From: Planctomycetota bacterium
GTDB lineage: Bacteria > Planctomycetota > SZUA-567 > H5-PLA8
Length of the DNA: 64,000 bases
Direction: 5' to 3'
Assembly (NCBI GenBank): GCA_045863855.1
Contig: BTVV01000005.1
Coordinates: forward strand, 53,631 to 117,630
The position numbers and the translations under genes were made by a program. The notes under the pieces are model-generated. The model was not told the origin of the DNA and ran no database searches. It was given only the letters and a program-made list of their open reading frames with translations. The stretch's first letter is position 1, and every line of letters starts with the position of its first letter. This document shows, piece by piece, positions 17,574 to 27,377 of the stretch.

Positions 17574-18383
17574 ATGCAACTGTTCGATACCCACTGCCAC
17601 GTCAGCTACGAAGACTTCGACGCCGACCGCGACGAGGTGCTGCGCCGCGCGCGCGAATCGGGTGTCGCGGGGATATTGAACGTCGGCACCGATCCGGACT
17701 GGTGGGGACGGTATCTCGACTTGGCGCGAACGCCGCGTCCCGAATGGCCGGACGTGAAGGTTGCGCTTGGCTTTCACCCCAACTACGCGAACACCTTTAC
17801 GTCCGATACACTGAGCGCTCTGCGCCGGCTGTTCGAGACGCATCCCGGCGTGGCCGTGGCCGTGGGCGAAACGGGGCTCGACACGTTCCGTGACTACTGC
17901 CCGTTCGAAGTGCAGGAAGCCGCGTTTCAGGCGCAGCTCGATCTGGCCGCCGAACTCGACCTCCCGTTTATCCTGCACTGCCGCAACGAAGAGCGCCGCA
18001 TGCTCGACCGACTGGCCGCTCACGCCGACCGTCTGGCCCGGCCGCTGCGCGGCGTCTGGCACTGCTTCACGGCGAGCGAGGCGTACATGCGCGAAGCCGT
18101 GGCGCTGGGCCTGTTCCTGGGGATCGGCGGCGTGGCCACCTACCCGAAGGCCGAGGAAGTTCGCGCCGCCGTCCGCGCCGCGCCGCGCGATCGCATGATA
18201 CTAGAGACCGACGCGCCGTATCTGGCGCCGCAGAAGAAGCGCGGCAAGCGCAACGAGCCCGCGTACGTCGCGCAGACCTGCGAGCGCGTCGCGCAGGAAC
18301 TGGGAATGAGCGCACATGCCTTGGCCGAGTTGACTTCCGAAAATGCGCGCCGTCTTTTTTCAACCTGGCCCGCTTCGCGATGA
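17574..18383 (+). CDS. tatD: TatD family hydrolase
   Basis: DTHCH, GFHP, GETGLD, LHCR, HCF, ETDAPYL, RNEP motifs. Confidence 0.93.
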   Translation: MQLFDTHCHVSYEDFDADRDEVLRRARESGVAGILNVGTDPDWWGRYLDLARTPRPEWPDVKVALGFHPNYANTFTSDTLSALRRLFETHPGVAVAVGETGLDTFRDYCPFEVQEAAFQAQLDLAAELDLPFILHCRNEERRMLDRLAAHADRLARPLRGVWHCFTASEAYMREAVALGLFLGIGGVATYPKAEEVRAAVRAAPRDRMILETDAPYLAPQKKRGKRNEPAYVAQTCERVAQELGMSAHALAELTSENARRLFSTWPASR

Positions 18384-18450
18384 TAATTCAAGGAATGGCC
18401 GTTCTCCGTGTACTCTGTGCTCTGTGGAAAATGAACGCTGGAGGCCACCC

Positions 18451-19293
18451 ATGCAATTCGGCGACTACGAAGTGCTCTTTCTCTCCGACGGCACCTTCAA
18501 GCTCGACGGCGGCGCGATGTTCGGGATCGTCCCCAAACCGCTGTGGCAGAAGGAGGCGCCCACCGACGAGCGCAATCGCATGGTGCTGCGCTGCAACTGC
18601 CCGCTGATCCGGACGCCGAAGGGCGAGAATATCCTGGTCGACTGCGGCCTGGGGCGGAAGTGGACCGAAAAGCAACGCGAGATTTACGCCATCGACGAAC
18701 GGCACGATCTTCTCGGCGACCTGGCCGCCCACGGACTCAAGCCCGGCGACATCACCACTCTGTTCCATACGCATCTGCACCTCGACCATTGCGGCTGGAA
18801 CACACGGCTGAACGAAAAGGGGGAGCCCGAAGAAGTCTTCGTCAACGCACGGCATCTGGTCGAACGCAGCGAACTGGGGCCGGCGCGGAAGCCCAACGAG
18901 ATCCAGCGCGGGACGTATCTCTCGCCTAACATCGAGCCCCTGGACCGCGCGGGACGCTTCGAGGTCTTCGATCGGCGCCTCGAACTGGCGCCGGGCCTGA
19001 CGCTCGAACGGACCGGCGGGCACACGGTCGGGCACACCATCTTCAGGCTCGAGTCGGGCGGACAGAAAGCGATCTTCTTCGGCGAGATGATGCCCACCGT
19101 CGCGCATCGGCATCTGCCGTGGGTGATGGCGTACGATCTGTTCCCGCTGGAGACGCTGGAGGCGAAGCGCGCGCTCTTCAAGGAAGCATTGAGCGACCGC
19201 GCGCTGGTGCTGCTCGACCACGACCCCAACCACTTCGCGGTGAAACTCAAGGAGGGCGAAAAGGGGAAGCTGGAGTACGAACCGGTGGCCTGA
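18451..19293 (+). CDS. MBL-fold metallo-hydrolase (YtnP-like)
   Basis: LDGGAMFGIVPK, HLHLDH, GHTVGH, MAYD, HD; RBS ggagg. Confidence 0.9.
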   Translation: MQFGDYEVLFLSDGTFKLDGGAMFGIVPKPLWQKEAPTDERNRMVLRCNCPLIRTPKGENILVDCGLGRKWTEKQREIYAIDERHDLLGDLAAHGLKPGDITTLFHTHLHLDHCGWNTRLNEKGEPEEVFVNARHLVERSELGPARKPNEIQRGTYLSPNIEPLDRAGRFEVFDRRLELAPGLTLERTGGHTVGHTIFRLESGGQKAIFFGEMMPTVAHRHLPWVMAYDLFPLETLEAKRALFKEALSDRALVLLDHDPNHFAVKLKEGEKGKLEYEPVA

Positions 19294-19440
19294 GCCCGGC
19301 GCTGATTTTAGATGTTGAATTGAATGCGGAGGAATTTCCTGGCACGCGTGCCGCGCTGAGCGAACGCCACAGCCGTTTGTAGCTTACAGTTTGTTCGGTT
19401 CTTGCCGATTGCAGTATGACCTAGGCCCGCATGACCTACC

Positions 19441-20397
19441 CTACTCTTCTTCGACCACGTCCGGCGTCTTCTTCTCGGGTCGGGCGGGCGGTGCCGCGGT
19501 TTTGCCTTCTTCGCCCTTGGGGCCCAGACCGGGAATATCGACTTTGCCGGCCTTGGGGTCTTTCTCTTCTTCTTCGGTCTTCTTGGCGACAGCGACGTGC
19601 TTGGGGTTGGCTTGCATGGTTCGTTTGGCCGCGGCGGCAAAATCGGTGGCCAGCGGCTTCTGCGCCTTGGTGCTCCACGCCCCCATGGGCTTTCCGTCGC
19701 TCGTCATCAGGTACAGCGCCGCACCGCCCTTGGCCGGCTCCAGCAGCGCCGCCGGCCAGTTCGGATCGTCGGATTTGGTCAGGACGAACGAGAAACCGTC
19801 GACGGCCGGCTTGACGATCGGGTCTTCGAAGATCATCGTCTCGTAATACAGCGCGGTGGGGTTGTTGTGATCCAGCGCGGCGTCGTAGATATACAGCACG
19901 ACCGGCTTGCCGGATTCCTTCAGGTCCATGGGCTTCATCGAAAGCCACGGGAAGACGCGGAAGGTGCCGGGGCGGATGCCGGGGAATTCGATGTTGGCCA
20001 TGGCGATGACGCCGGGATGGCAGGCGAGTTTACCGTCGCCTTGGCTGGGTACGAGGCCAGGCGGCAGTTTGGCGGTGATGTAGACGAAGTCGCGCACGAC
20101 GTAGGCTTTTGCGCCGAGTTCCTTGGCCAGCTTATCGACTCCGTCGAGGAGCGGCGAACCGCCAAAGTCGATGGTGGCCGCCTTCTTGGCGATCGCCGAA
20201 TCGATGCCGACTTTCCCGCCCAACTGTTCGTTGAACGTTTTGACGTAATCTTTGGCCGCAGATCCGGCGAGCCCGAAGTTCAGCGGTTTGGAAAGCATTT
20301 TGGCCTTCACGTCGGCCGGCAACGAGCCTTCCAGACCCCACGCGCCATACGCGCTCAGAGTCAGCATCGCCGCCCAGCCCCATGTTCCGCGCGCCAT
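19441..20397 (-). CDS. Exported protein with STN-like N-terminal domain and thioredoxin-like domain without CXXC
   Basis: Signal peptide; GKPVVLYIYD...YYETMIFED; paralogue of the upstream gene; alternative start 20427 (TGATG overlap). Confidence 0.6.
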   Translation of the reverse strand: MARGTWGWAAMLTLSAYGAWGLEGSLPADVKAKMLSKPLNFGLAGSAAKDYVKTFNEQLGGKVGIDSAIAKKAATIDFGGSPLLDGVDKLAKELGAKAYVVRDFVYITAKLPPGLVPSQGDGKLACHPGVIAMANIEFPGIRPGTFRVFPWLSMKPMDLKESGKPVVLYIYDAALDHNNPTALYYETMIFEDPIVKPAVDGFSFVLTKSDDPNWPAALLEPAKGGAALYLMTSDGKPMGAWSTKAQKPLATDFAAAAKRTMQANPKHVAVAKKTEEEEKDPKAGKVDIPGLGPKGEEGKTAAPPARPEKKTPDVVEEE

Positions 20398-20426
20398 TTT
20401 CGCCTCGCTTTCCCGCCCCTGCCCCA

Positions 20427-21437
20427 TCAAGGCTTGGTGCCCTTGGCCTCATCGTCGATCTTCTTGAGCGCCACGGCGTTCGCTTTCGTGACCTGCTCCA
20501 CGTTCGAGACGAATGTCTTGACCGAAGGCTTCGAGACCCCGCGGCTCCAGGTGAAGCAGGGCGTGCCGTCGCAGGTCAGCAGCACCACCGCCACCCCGCC
20601 CTGTGCCAGCGAGGTGAAGACGTCCGGCCAGAGCCGGCTGTCCTTGGGCAGCTTGACCGGGGTAAAGCCCTGCAGCGCGAACTTCGTCGCGCCGTCGGCG
20701 AAGATCTGGGTCTCGTAGAATTGCGCCAAGTAGTTGTTGAGCTTCGGATCGTTGTCGTAGACGTAGAGCAGGATCGGCTTGCGCAGCTTCTTGCAAGCCT
20801 CGAAGTCCAGCGTCTGCCAGGCATACGTTCGATCGCTGCCCGCGTTGTAGCGGACCGGATCGTTGGGGTTGTTGCCGCCTTGACCGCCGCCGGGGCCATT
20901 CCCGCCCGGCCCCCCAGGCCCGCCGGGGCCGCCCATGCCGCCGCCGTCCCCGCCATTGCCCCCGTTGCCTCCGTTGCCCCCGTTACCGGCGCCACCGGGA
21001 CCGTTTCCACCCGGATTGTTTCCGCCAGGTCCCGCGGGTCCGGCCGGGACCGAAGGGGGCGGTGGGACAGCCTCCGGAAGCGGAGCGACGCCGTCGGGTT
21101 TGTTGACCGAGATGTACACGCCGTTGCCGAGCGCCCAAGCCTTGGCGCCGACCGACTTCGCCAAGTTGTCGGCGATCTGGGCGCACTGCAGCGTATCGGC
21201 TTTGAAGTCTTTGATGCTCATCGCCGCCAGCACCGGATCGATCTGCACCGTCATCACACCGAACTTGCTGACCTCTTTCGCCAAGTCGCCGGCCTTGACG
21301 TTGAGCATGTGAATGCTCCACACCGTGGAGTTGTTTCGTTCCAGAACGGGGCCGGGCAACGTGCCTTCGACGCACCACGCGCCGGAAGCCGCGGCAAGCA
21401 CGGTCGAGAGCAAGGCTAAACGATGCAGGCAATACAT
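20427..21437 (-). CDS. Exported protein with STN-like domain, Gly/Pro/Asn linker and thioredoxin-like domain without CXXC
   Basis: RBS aggagg before ATG 21437; signal peptide; RKPILLYVYD...FYETQIFAD. Confidence 0.62.
   Translation of the reverse strand: MYCLHRLALLSTVLAAASGAWCVEGTLPGPVLERNNSTVWSIHMLNVKAGDLAKEVSKFGVMTVQIDPVLAAMSIKDFKADTLQCAQIADNLAKSVGAKAWALGNGVYISVNKPDGVAPLPEAVPPPPSVPAGPAGPGGNNPGGNGPGGAGNGGNGGNGGNGGDGGGMGGPGGPGGPGGNGPGGGQGGNNPNDPVRYNAGSDRTYAWQTLDFEACKKLRKPILLYVYDNDPKLNNYLAQFYETQIFADGATKFALQGFTPVKLPKDSRLWPDVFTSLAQGGVAVVLLTCDGTPCFTWSRGVSKPSVKTFVSNVEQVTKANAVALKKIDDEAKGTKP
20866..21048 (-). repeat. Low-complexity coding repeat (GGN)n/(GGP)n
   Basis: GPGGNNPGGNGPGGAGNGGNGGNGGNGGDGGGMGGPGGPGGPGGNGPGGGQGGNNP; 9-nt periodicity with varied third codon positions. 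Confidence 0.85.
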
Positions 21438-21638
21438 AGCCGGAACCTCCTGGTTCAAGACGAATCCGGCACTAAGTCGATTCAGCGTAGCGGCAGACTG
21501 CCTCTTTCGGAAAGGAAGTGTAACGGCTAACTCCGATTCGGACGGGCCTTTCCAGCAATATAGGCGCATAAATCGGCTGCGGGCGCGGAAGTCTGCGTCT
21601 GCAAGCCAATGCGCATGTGCAGCACACGTGTGTTGCGT

Positions 21639-22490
21639 TTACTTTTTGGTGATCAAGAGCGAGCCATTTGTAAAAGTCAGCTTCGCCTCGGCCAGTTTGC
21701 AGATCCATTCCAGCGCCAGATCGAGGGACATGTCGGTCACGCGCAGGCAGATCGGCGAATCCTTAATCTCCCGGTCCACTACGACCCCGACTTGGATCAG
21801 ATTGCCGACAAACGCGCCCGCATCCTCAAGTGGCGTGTCCACGAACTCGAAGGAGACCTTGCGTTGCAGCTTACGCCTCACCGCGGCAGGAATCCGGCCG
21901 TTCACCGCCTGGGGATCCAGTTCCTCGATCAAATGCTCAAGCCGCGCGCGCACCTCGGCATCCAGGCTCGCCTTGTGCGCTTCGCGCAGGTGCGGGAGCG
22001 TCCCGGCACCCAGCTTCTTGATGGTTTCCAATCCCGCTTCGCGGTCGGCAAAATCTTCGGCTCCGAGCTTGCCCAGCGCGCCTTTCAGGGCATCGCGCTG
22101 GGCCGCGTCGAGTTCCGGGAGCGGCGCGGGGGCCGGCGCGGCGGGCTCCGGTTTTTCCGGAAGCCGAAACAGTAGCGCCTGATCTTTCCAAACCATTTCC
22201 AGTTTGGATTGCCGCGCGATTTCCTTGAACGCATCGCGCACGGTCAGATCCTGGGCTTTAAGCGTAATCGGTTCGGTGGCGCCTTTGAGCGCCTTGGGAT
22301 CGATAATTACGTTGACCTTCAGGAGGCTTTGCAGAAATGCGAGCGCCTCGGAAACCGGCGTCTCCGCAAATTCAAAGCTGACGCGCTTATCCATACCCGG
22401 CGGTTCGGCGGCTTCTTCGCTCCAGCCGCAAAGTGCGAGACTCCAACAACAGAGGCCCATCCACCACAGGGCCGGCCGCGGTATACGCAT
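21639..22490 (-). CDS. Exported protein with two STN-like domains flanking a HEAT-like helical pair
   Basis: Internal repeat KRVSFEFAETPVSEAL...VIID...PITLKAQD / RKVSFEFVDTPLEDAG...VVVD...PICLRVTD; linker LGAEDFADRE...DAEVRAR. Confidence 0.75.
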   Translation of the reverse strand: MRIPRPALWWMGLCCWSLALCGWSEEAAEPPGMDKRVSFEFAETPVSEALAFLQSLLKVNVIIDPKALKGATEPITLKAQDLTVRDAFKEIARQSKLEMVWKDQALLFRLPEKPEPAAPAPAPLPELDAAQRDALKGALGKLGAEDFADREAGLETIKKLGAGTLPHLREAHKASLDAEVRARLEHLIEELDPQAVNGRIPAAVRRKLQRKVSFEFVDTPLEDAGAFVGNLIQVGVVVDREIKDSPICLRVTDMSLDLALEWICKLAEAKLTFTNGSLLITKK

Positions 22491-22672
22491 GGTTCGCTCC
22501 TCGTACCGTCACCAAGGACGCCGGCTCAAGCCACTCCGTGACGGGCCTTCCGTCGCCGAACGGGAGAAAATTGCGGCCTTGGATATCGACTAGAGTACGC
22601 GCCGCGCCGCACGGGGTTACAGCGAAGCGGGAAAACCATAGAGATTGGATGCGGGGCCAAAGCCGCAGAGGA

Positions 22673-24322
22673 TCAGTCGCCTTCGCGGAAGCGCTGCGCG
22701 ATGGGCATGCGCCGCCCGCAGCCGAAGGCCTTGATCGTCACGCGCAGGCCGGGAGCGGCCTGTCGGCGCTTGTACTCGTTGAAGTCCACCAGCCGGATCA
22801 CGCGCCGCACGGTCTCGAATTCGAAGCCCAGCGCGACGATCTGCTCGAGGCTCTTGTGTTCCTCGATGAAGGCTTTGAGGATGCCGTCGAGAATCTCGTA
22901 GGGCGGGAGGCTGTCCTGGTCGGTCTGGTTGGGGCGCAGTTCGGCCGAGGGCGCTTTGACGATGGAGCGTTCGGGAATGGGCGGCTTGTCGGGCCTGACC
23001 GCGTTGAGATGCCGGGCCAGTTTGTAGACGGTCGTCTTGTACAGGTCGCTGATCGCGGCAAGCCCGCCGCACATGTCGCCGTAGAGCGTGCAGTAGCCGG
23101 TGGCCAGTTCGCTCTTGTTGCCCGTCGTGAGCAGCAGGTGTCCCAGCTTGTTGGAGAGAGCCATCATGTAGACGCCGCGGATGCGCGCCTGCATGTTCTC
23201 TTCGGTGACGTCTTCGGGGCGGCCTTCGAAGACCGGCGCCAGGTTGCGCTTGAAGCACTCGAACGGCTCGGCGATGGAGACGACGTGAAAGGCGATGCCG
23301 AGGCGCTCGGCGATTTCCTTGGCGTCCTCGAGGCTCTCCGGGCTGTTGAACGGGCCGGGCATGGCGACGCCGATGACGTTGTCGGGCCCGTAGGCTTCCG
23401 CGGCGAGCGCGGCCATCAAGGCGGAGTCGATCCCGCCGCTGAGTCCCAGCACGGCGCCATCGAAACCGCACTTATTGGCGTAATCACGCATGCCCATGAC
23501 GAGCGCCGCGTGCAGCTCTTCCTCGTCGGAGAGGCGCGCGGTGGCTTCGCCTTCGTAGGTTTCGAGGTCAAGAAGCGTGACGCCTTCCTGGAAAGCCGGC
23601 CCGCGCGCGCAGAGTTTGCCGCGGTCGTCGAAGCCCATGGAGCGCCCGTCGAAAAGCAGTTCGTCGTTTCCGCCCACCTGGTTGCAGTACAGAATCGGGA
23701 CGCGGTGCTTGCGCGAGAGGCTGGAGAGCATCGCTTCCTTCACCGACTGCTTACCGATGTTGTAGGGACTGGCCGAAATGTTGACGATGAGGTCGGCGCC
23801 CTGCTGGACGAGTTCTTCGATCGGATCGCGGTCGTAGAGCCGGCGCTGCCAAAAGTCTTTATCGTTCCAGGCGTCCTCGCAGACGCTCAGGCCCAGGCGG
23901 ACGCCTTTGAAATCGACACAGGTGGGCGATTCGCCGGCCTGAAAATAGCGTGCTTCGTCAAAGACGTCGTAGGTCGGAAGCAAAACCTTTCGGCCGATGG
24001 CGAGGAACTCGCCTTCGACCAGGAGCCCGACGCTGTTGTAACGCTGGTGGCCGACGCCGTCGTAGCGCCGCGAGATGAAACCGAGGATGCAGGGCAGCCC
24101 CTTGAGCGCGTGCTTGAGCTTGTCGAGCGCGCGGTCCTGGGCGTCGAGAAAAGCTTGCTTCTCGAGCAAATCTTTGGGCGGATAGCCGGTGAGGCAGAGT
24201 TCCGGAAAGATGGTGAGTTCGGCGCCCTGCGACCGTGCTTCGACGGCGGCGCGGACGATCTTCTGCGCTGTGCCGGCGAAATCGCCGATGGTGGGATCGA
24301 TCTGGGCCAGGGCGACCTTCAT
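22673..24322 (-). CDS. nadE: Glutamine-dependent NAD+ synthetase
   Basis: Nitrilase domain triad FPE / K / CED; synthetase motifs SGGIDS, NMQARIR, TGNKSE, SAELRPNQTD. Confidence 0.96.
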   Translation of the reverse strand: MKVALAQIDPTIGDFAGTAQKIVRAAVEARSQGAELTIFPELCLTGYPPKDLLEKQAFLDAQDRALDKLKHALKGLPCILGFISRRYDGVGHQRYNSVGLLVEGEFLAIGRKVLLPTYDVFDEARYFQAGESPTCVDFKGVRLGLSVCEDAWNDKDFWQRRLYDRDPIEELVQQGADLIVNISASPYNIGKQSVKEAMLSSLSRKHRVPILYCNQVGGNDELLFDGRSMGFDDRGKLCARGPAFQEGVTLLDLETYEGEATARLSDEEELHAALVMGMRDYANKCGFDGAVLGLSGGIDSALMAALAAEAYGPDNVIGVAMPGPFNSPESLEDAKEIAERLGIAFHVVSIAEPFECFKRNLAPVFEGRPEDVTEENMQARIRGVYMMALSNKLGHLLLTTGNKSELATGYCTLYGDMCGGLAAISDLYKTTVYKLARHLNAVRPDKPPIPERSIVKAPSAELRPNQTDQDSLPPYEILDGILKAFIEEHKSLEQIVALGFEFETVRRVIRLVDFNEYKRRQAAPGLRVTIKAFGCGRRMPIAQRFREGD

Positions 24323-24996
24323 GACGCGGGCCTCTCGAGCCGTGCCTGCTTCTTCGTCCACTCCGCCATGCGCTGCAAGACCTCTTCGGTCTTGGCGAAG
24401 CGCACGCCGCGCCGGGCCAGTTGGCCCTTGACCTCAGGCACTCGGTTATCGTCCAGCGTGGCCGAGGCGTCCTCGATCACGGTGACTTCCAGCATCTGCG
24501 TTCGGGCGCTCAGGGCGGACTGGCACAGATCGTACTCGAAGAGCGCGCCGTACAATATCAGTTCCCGCGCACCGAAGCTGCGCATGATCTCCCGCGCGGC
24601 CGGGTTCTCGAACAGATCGAAACCCTGCTTCTCAAGGATCAACTGGCCGGCGTGCTCGAGCAGTTCCCCGATTTTAGGCCACGGATTGCGCCTGCCGTGC
24701 GCCGGAATGATGGGCGCGTGCCGCCGGGAGGCCTCCACGAGCTTGCGCTGCCCCGGCGTACCGGCCAACGCATGCGGCGGCAGGCCTTGGGCCGCAAATT
24801 CAGCATCGCCCGGTTCGTGGCGGTCGCACGCCGAGACCGTAGGAAACGCGTGCCGCTGAAGATCCTTATGCAGCACGCCGATCTGGGCACGGATGCGTTC
24901 GCGCTGCGTCACCGGCACCACGGCCTCGTATCCGAGAAAGTCCTCGAGGACGTTCACGTCCAGGAGCAGGAAGGGCGCGGTGCGCGTGGCTGGCAT
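24319..24996 (-). CDS. Isochorismatase/nicotinamidase-like cysteine-hydrolase-fold protein with atypical active site
   Basis: LLDV...DF, DRH, PPH, K..FDLF.N, EDA motifs; GALFEYDL where GxATDYCV is expected. Confidence 0.72.
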   Translation of the reverse strand: MPATRTAPFLLLDVNVLEDFLGYEAVVPVTQRERIRAQIGVLHKDLQRHAFPTVSACDRHEPGDAEFAAQGLPPHALAGTPGQRKLVEASRRHAPIIPAHGRRNPWPKIGELLEHAGQLILEKQGFDLFENPAAREIMRSFGARELILYGALFEYDLCQSALSARTQMLEVTVIEDASATLDDNRVPEVKGQLARRGVRFAKTEEVLQRMAEWTKKQARLERPAS

Positions 24997-25018
24997 GGCG
25001 TGATCTGCCCGAAGGCGG

Positions 25019-25642
25019 CTACTTCATCTCCTTGCGTTCTTTGATCACCTTGTCGACCAGCCCGTATTCGAGCGACTGGACGGCATCGAGCCAGAAATCG
25101 CGGTTCGAATCGTCTTGAATCTTGTCCGCGTCCCTGCCGGTGCATTCGGCGACGATCTCGGCGTAGCGCCGGCGCGTACGCAGGATTTCCTTCGCGGTGA
25201 TCTCCATGTCGCTGGCCTGGCCGTAGCTTTGCGTCGAGGGCTGGTGCAACAGAAAGCGCGAATGCGGCAGGCAGAAGCGCTGGCCTTTCTCGCCGCCCAG
25301 GTAGATCAATACCGCCGCCGAAGCGCACAAGCCCGCGCAAATCGTGCGGATCGGACAACTGATGAAACGCATCATGTCGTAGATGCCGAAGCCGCTGTCG
25401 GCGCTGCCACCGGGCGAATTGACGATGACCGTAATCTCTTTATCCGCGTCGTCGTGCTCCAAGTAAAGGAGCCGTGCGCAGACGCTTGCATACATCTTGT
25501 CCGAGACCGGACCTTGGACGAAGATCGTGCGCGCCTTGAGCAGTTTGCTTTCGAGCGCTTCGGGGCCTTTGCTCTTGCCCTTCTCGTCGTCTTCCTCTTC
25601 GGCCATGAGGTGCTGCCAGTTCTTCGGGTCCAGGTCGCTCAC
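25019..25642 (-). CDS. clpP: ATP-dependent Clp protease proteolytic subunit
   Basis: NSPGG, GLCASAA (Ser), LHQP (His), RDFW (Asp), EYGLVD; GTG at 25642 with aaggag RBS. Confidence 0.94.
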   Translation of the reverse strand: MSDLDPKNWQHLMAEEEDDEKGKSKGPEALESKLLKARTIFVQGPVSDKMYASVCARLLYLEHDDADKEITVIVNSPGGSADSGFGIYDMMRFISCPIRTICAGLCASAAVLIYLGGEKGQRFCLPHSRFLLHQPSTQSYGQASDMEITAKEILRTRRRYAEIVAECTGRDADKIQDDSNRDFWLDAVQSLEYGLVDKVIKERKEMK

Positions 25643-25959
25643 GGACAACTCCTTTAGCTTGAATCCTTTAGGTTGAAGCCGGGCGCTCTCCGCCCACCCC
25701 GATGCTTACCGGAAGAACGCGTTATCGTGCATTTTTCGAATTCGTCGCGTGGAGAACCAACCCACGCGCACGAACCCCGCCATATCTTCAAACATCCGAC
25801 CGATCCCAACGCACGTCAAGTTCCTTCCGACGTTTACGCGTACGACCGCGCCCGGAACCACTCGACCGGCGCTCCTTTCTCCAGCCCGAACCGCCGTGAA
25901 GCCACTGGCCGAGCGGCCGGTGCGCGCATAAGGTAGCGGTTCGCTTCCGGAGCGCGCGT

Positions 25960-27327
25960 ATGCCGCTGCAACGCCTGCCGCTACAGAGTTCATCGGCCGC
26001 TGCCACGCTGCCCGAAGGCTCGATGAGCCTGGCCGGACTACCGGTCCTGCGCGCGCCGGTGGACCTGCGGCTGGCTACGCCTGCCGCTCCGGCGGCGGGG
26101 CAACTCGTGCTGGCCGTCGGCCTCGACTGCCGCTACGAAGCGGCGATCGAACTGTCCGCGCCCTGGTCCGGATGGCGCGCACGCGTGGACGCTTCGTTCG
26201 TCAGCGTGGCCCAGCGTCTCTACCTCGATGTGCCGGGCGCCGTACTGGCCGGGCTGCACCGCGAGCCGCTCACGCTCGCGGTCCAGGCTGAAGCGCCGCT
26301 GCATTTCATCGCGCCCGAAGCGGATACGCCGGGGCTGACGCCGCAGATCTTGCAAGGGCGCACGGACGATCCTGCCTCCGCGGCGCTGGACCGCTTGGCC
26401 GAAGGCGCCGTCGCGCCTTTCGGCTGGATGGGCGGCTGCGTCACCGATGCGCTCCAGGTCCTGCATCGCGCCACCGGCGAAGCGCGCTATCTCGCGGCGC
26501 TGGATGCATTTTTCGCGCGATACCTGCACGGCTCCGACCTGGTGCACGACAGTCCGCGCAGCGTGCGCCTGGTCAACGAGCTCGAAACGATCGAGGCTTC
26601 GCTGCCCATCGCCGCTTTGGCGCGGCGGCACCCGGAGCATCCCGCCCTGGCATGCGCCACTCGGCTTTGGGCGCAGAAGCGCAAGCCCGACGGGACGGTG
26701 CGCGACCACAGCGATACGGCCGAAGCGTGCTACACCGTCGCTTACCCGATGCTGGTCCTTGGCGCGCAACGCGGCGACGCGGATTTGATCGAAGGGGCTT
26801 GGCGGCAACTGCGCCGCCGCCGCGAAGTCCTGGTGCACGAAGGCGACCTGTACCTGCGGCATCACGAAGGCCAACGCGGTTTCCGCAATTGGACGCGGGG
26901 GATCTGCTGGTACCTGCTGGGACTGACCCGAACGCTGCTGGCCGCGCGCGAAGCCGGCTTGGCCCTACCGGAAGACTTGCGCGCGCATCTGGCCGAACGC
27001 GCCGAATGGATCGCCGTGCGCCAGCGCACCGATGGGCTTTGGGACAACTTCCTCGACGAGGACGGGCCGCCGCCCGATACCTCGGGAAGCTGCGGCATCG
27101 CCACGGCACTGATGCTGGCCTCGAAAGCCGGTTTGATCGAACGCGCATTCCGCCCGCTGGCTCTGCGCACCTTTGCCGGAGCCTCCGAACGCTTGAAGCC
27201 CGACGGTTATCTCGGAGGCGTCGCGCCCAACAACAAGCGCGGCGAGGAAAATCAGCACACGGACCGGCGAACCTGCGAACCTTTCGCGCTGGGCCTGTTC
27301 GGACAATTGGCGGCGGCGTTGCGGTAG
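25960..27327 (+). CDS. Glycoside hydrolase family 88/105-like protein
   Basis: WTRGICW, Q..DGLW, DTSGSCG motifs of the (alpha/alpha)6 unsaturated glycuronidase families. Confidence 0.7.
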   Translation: MPLQRLPLQSSSAAATLPEGSMSLAGLPVLRAPVDLRLATPAAPAAGQLVLAVGLDCRYEAAIELSAPWSGWRARVDASFVSVAQRLYLDVPGAVLAGLHREPLTLAVQAEAPLHFIAPEADTPGLTPQILQGRTDDPASAALDRLAEGAVAPFGWMGGCVTDALQVLHRATGEARYLAALDAFFARYLHGSDLVHDSPRSVRLVNELETIEASLPIAALARRHPEHPALACATRLWAQKRKPDGTVRDHSDTAEACYTVAYPMLVLGAQRGDADLIEGAWRQLRRRREVLVHEGDLYLRHHEGQRGFRNWTRGICWYLLGLTRTLLAAREAGLALPEDLRAHLAERAEWIAVRQRTDGLWDNFLDEDGPPPDTSGSCGIATALMLASKAGLIERAFRPLALRTFAGASERLKPDGYLGGVAPNNKRGEENQHTDRRTCEPFALGLFGQLAAALR

Positions 27328-27377
27328 GAATGGATCGGACTCCATACCGCTTCGTTAGAAAACATTTCCCCGGCTGC

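Noticed and set aside
20866..21048. CRISPR array or other DNA-level repeat element
   Set aside because: In-frame coding low-complexity repeat with no spacers; no cas genes in the window
25673..25936. Short ORFs between clpP and the GH88-like gene
   Set aside because: No recognisable motif or RBS; likely a divergent promoter region
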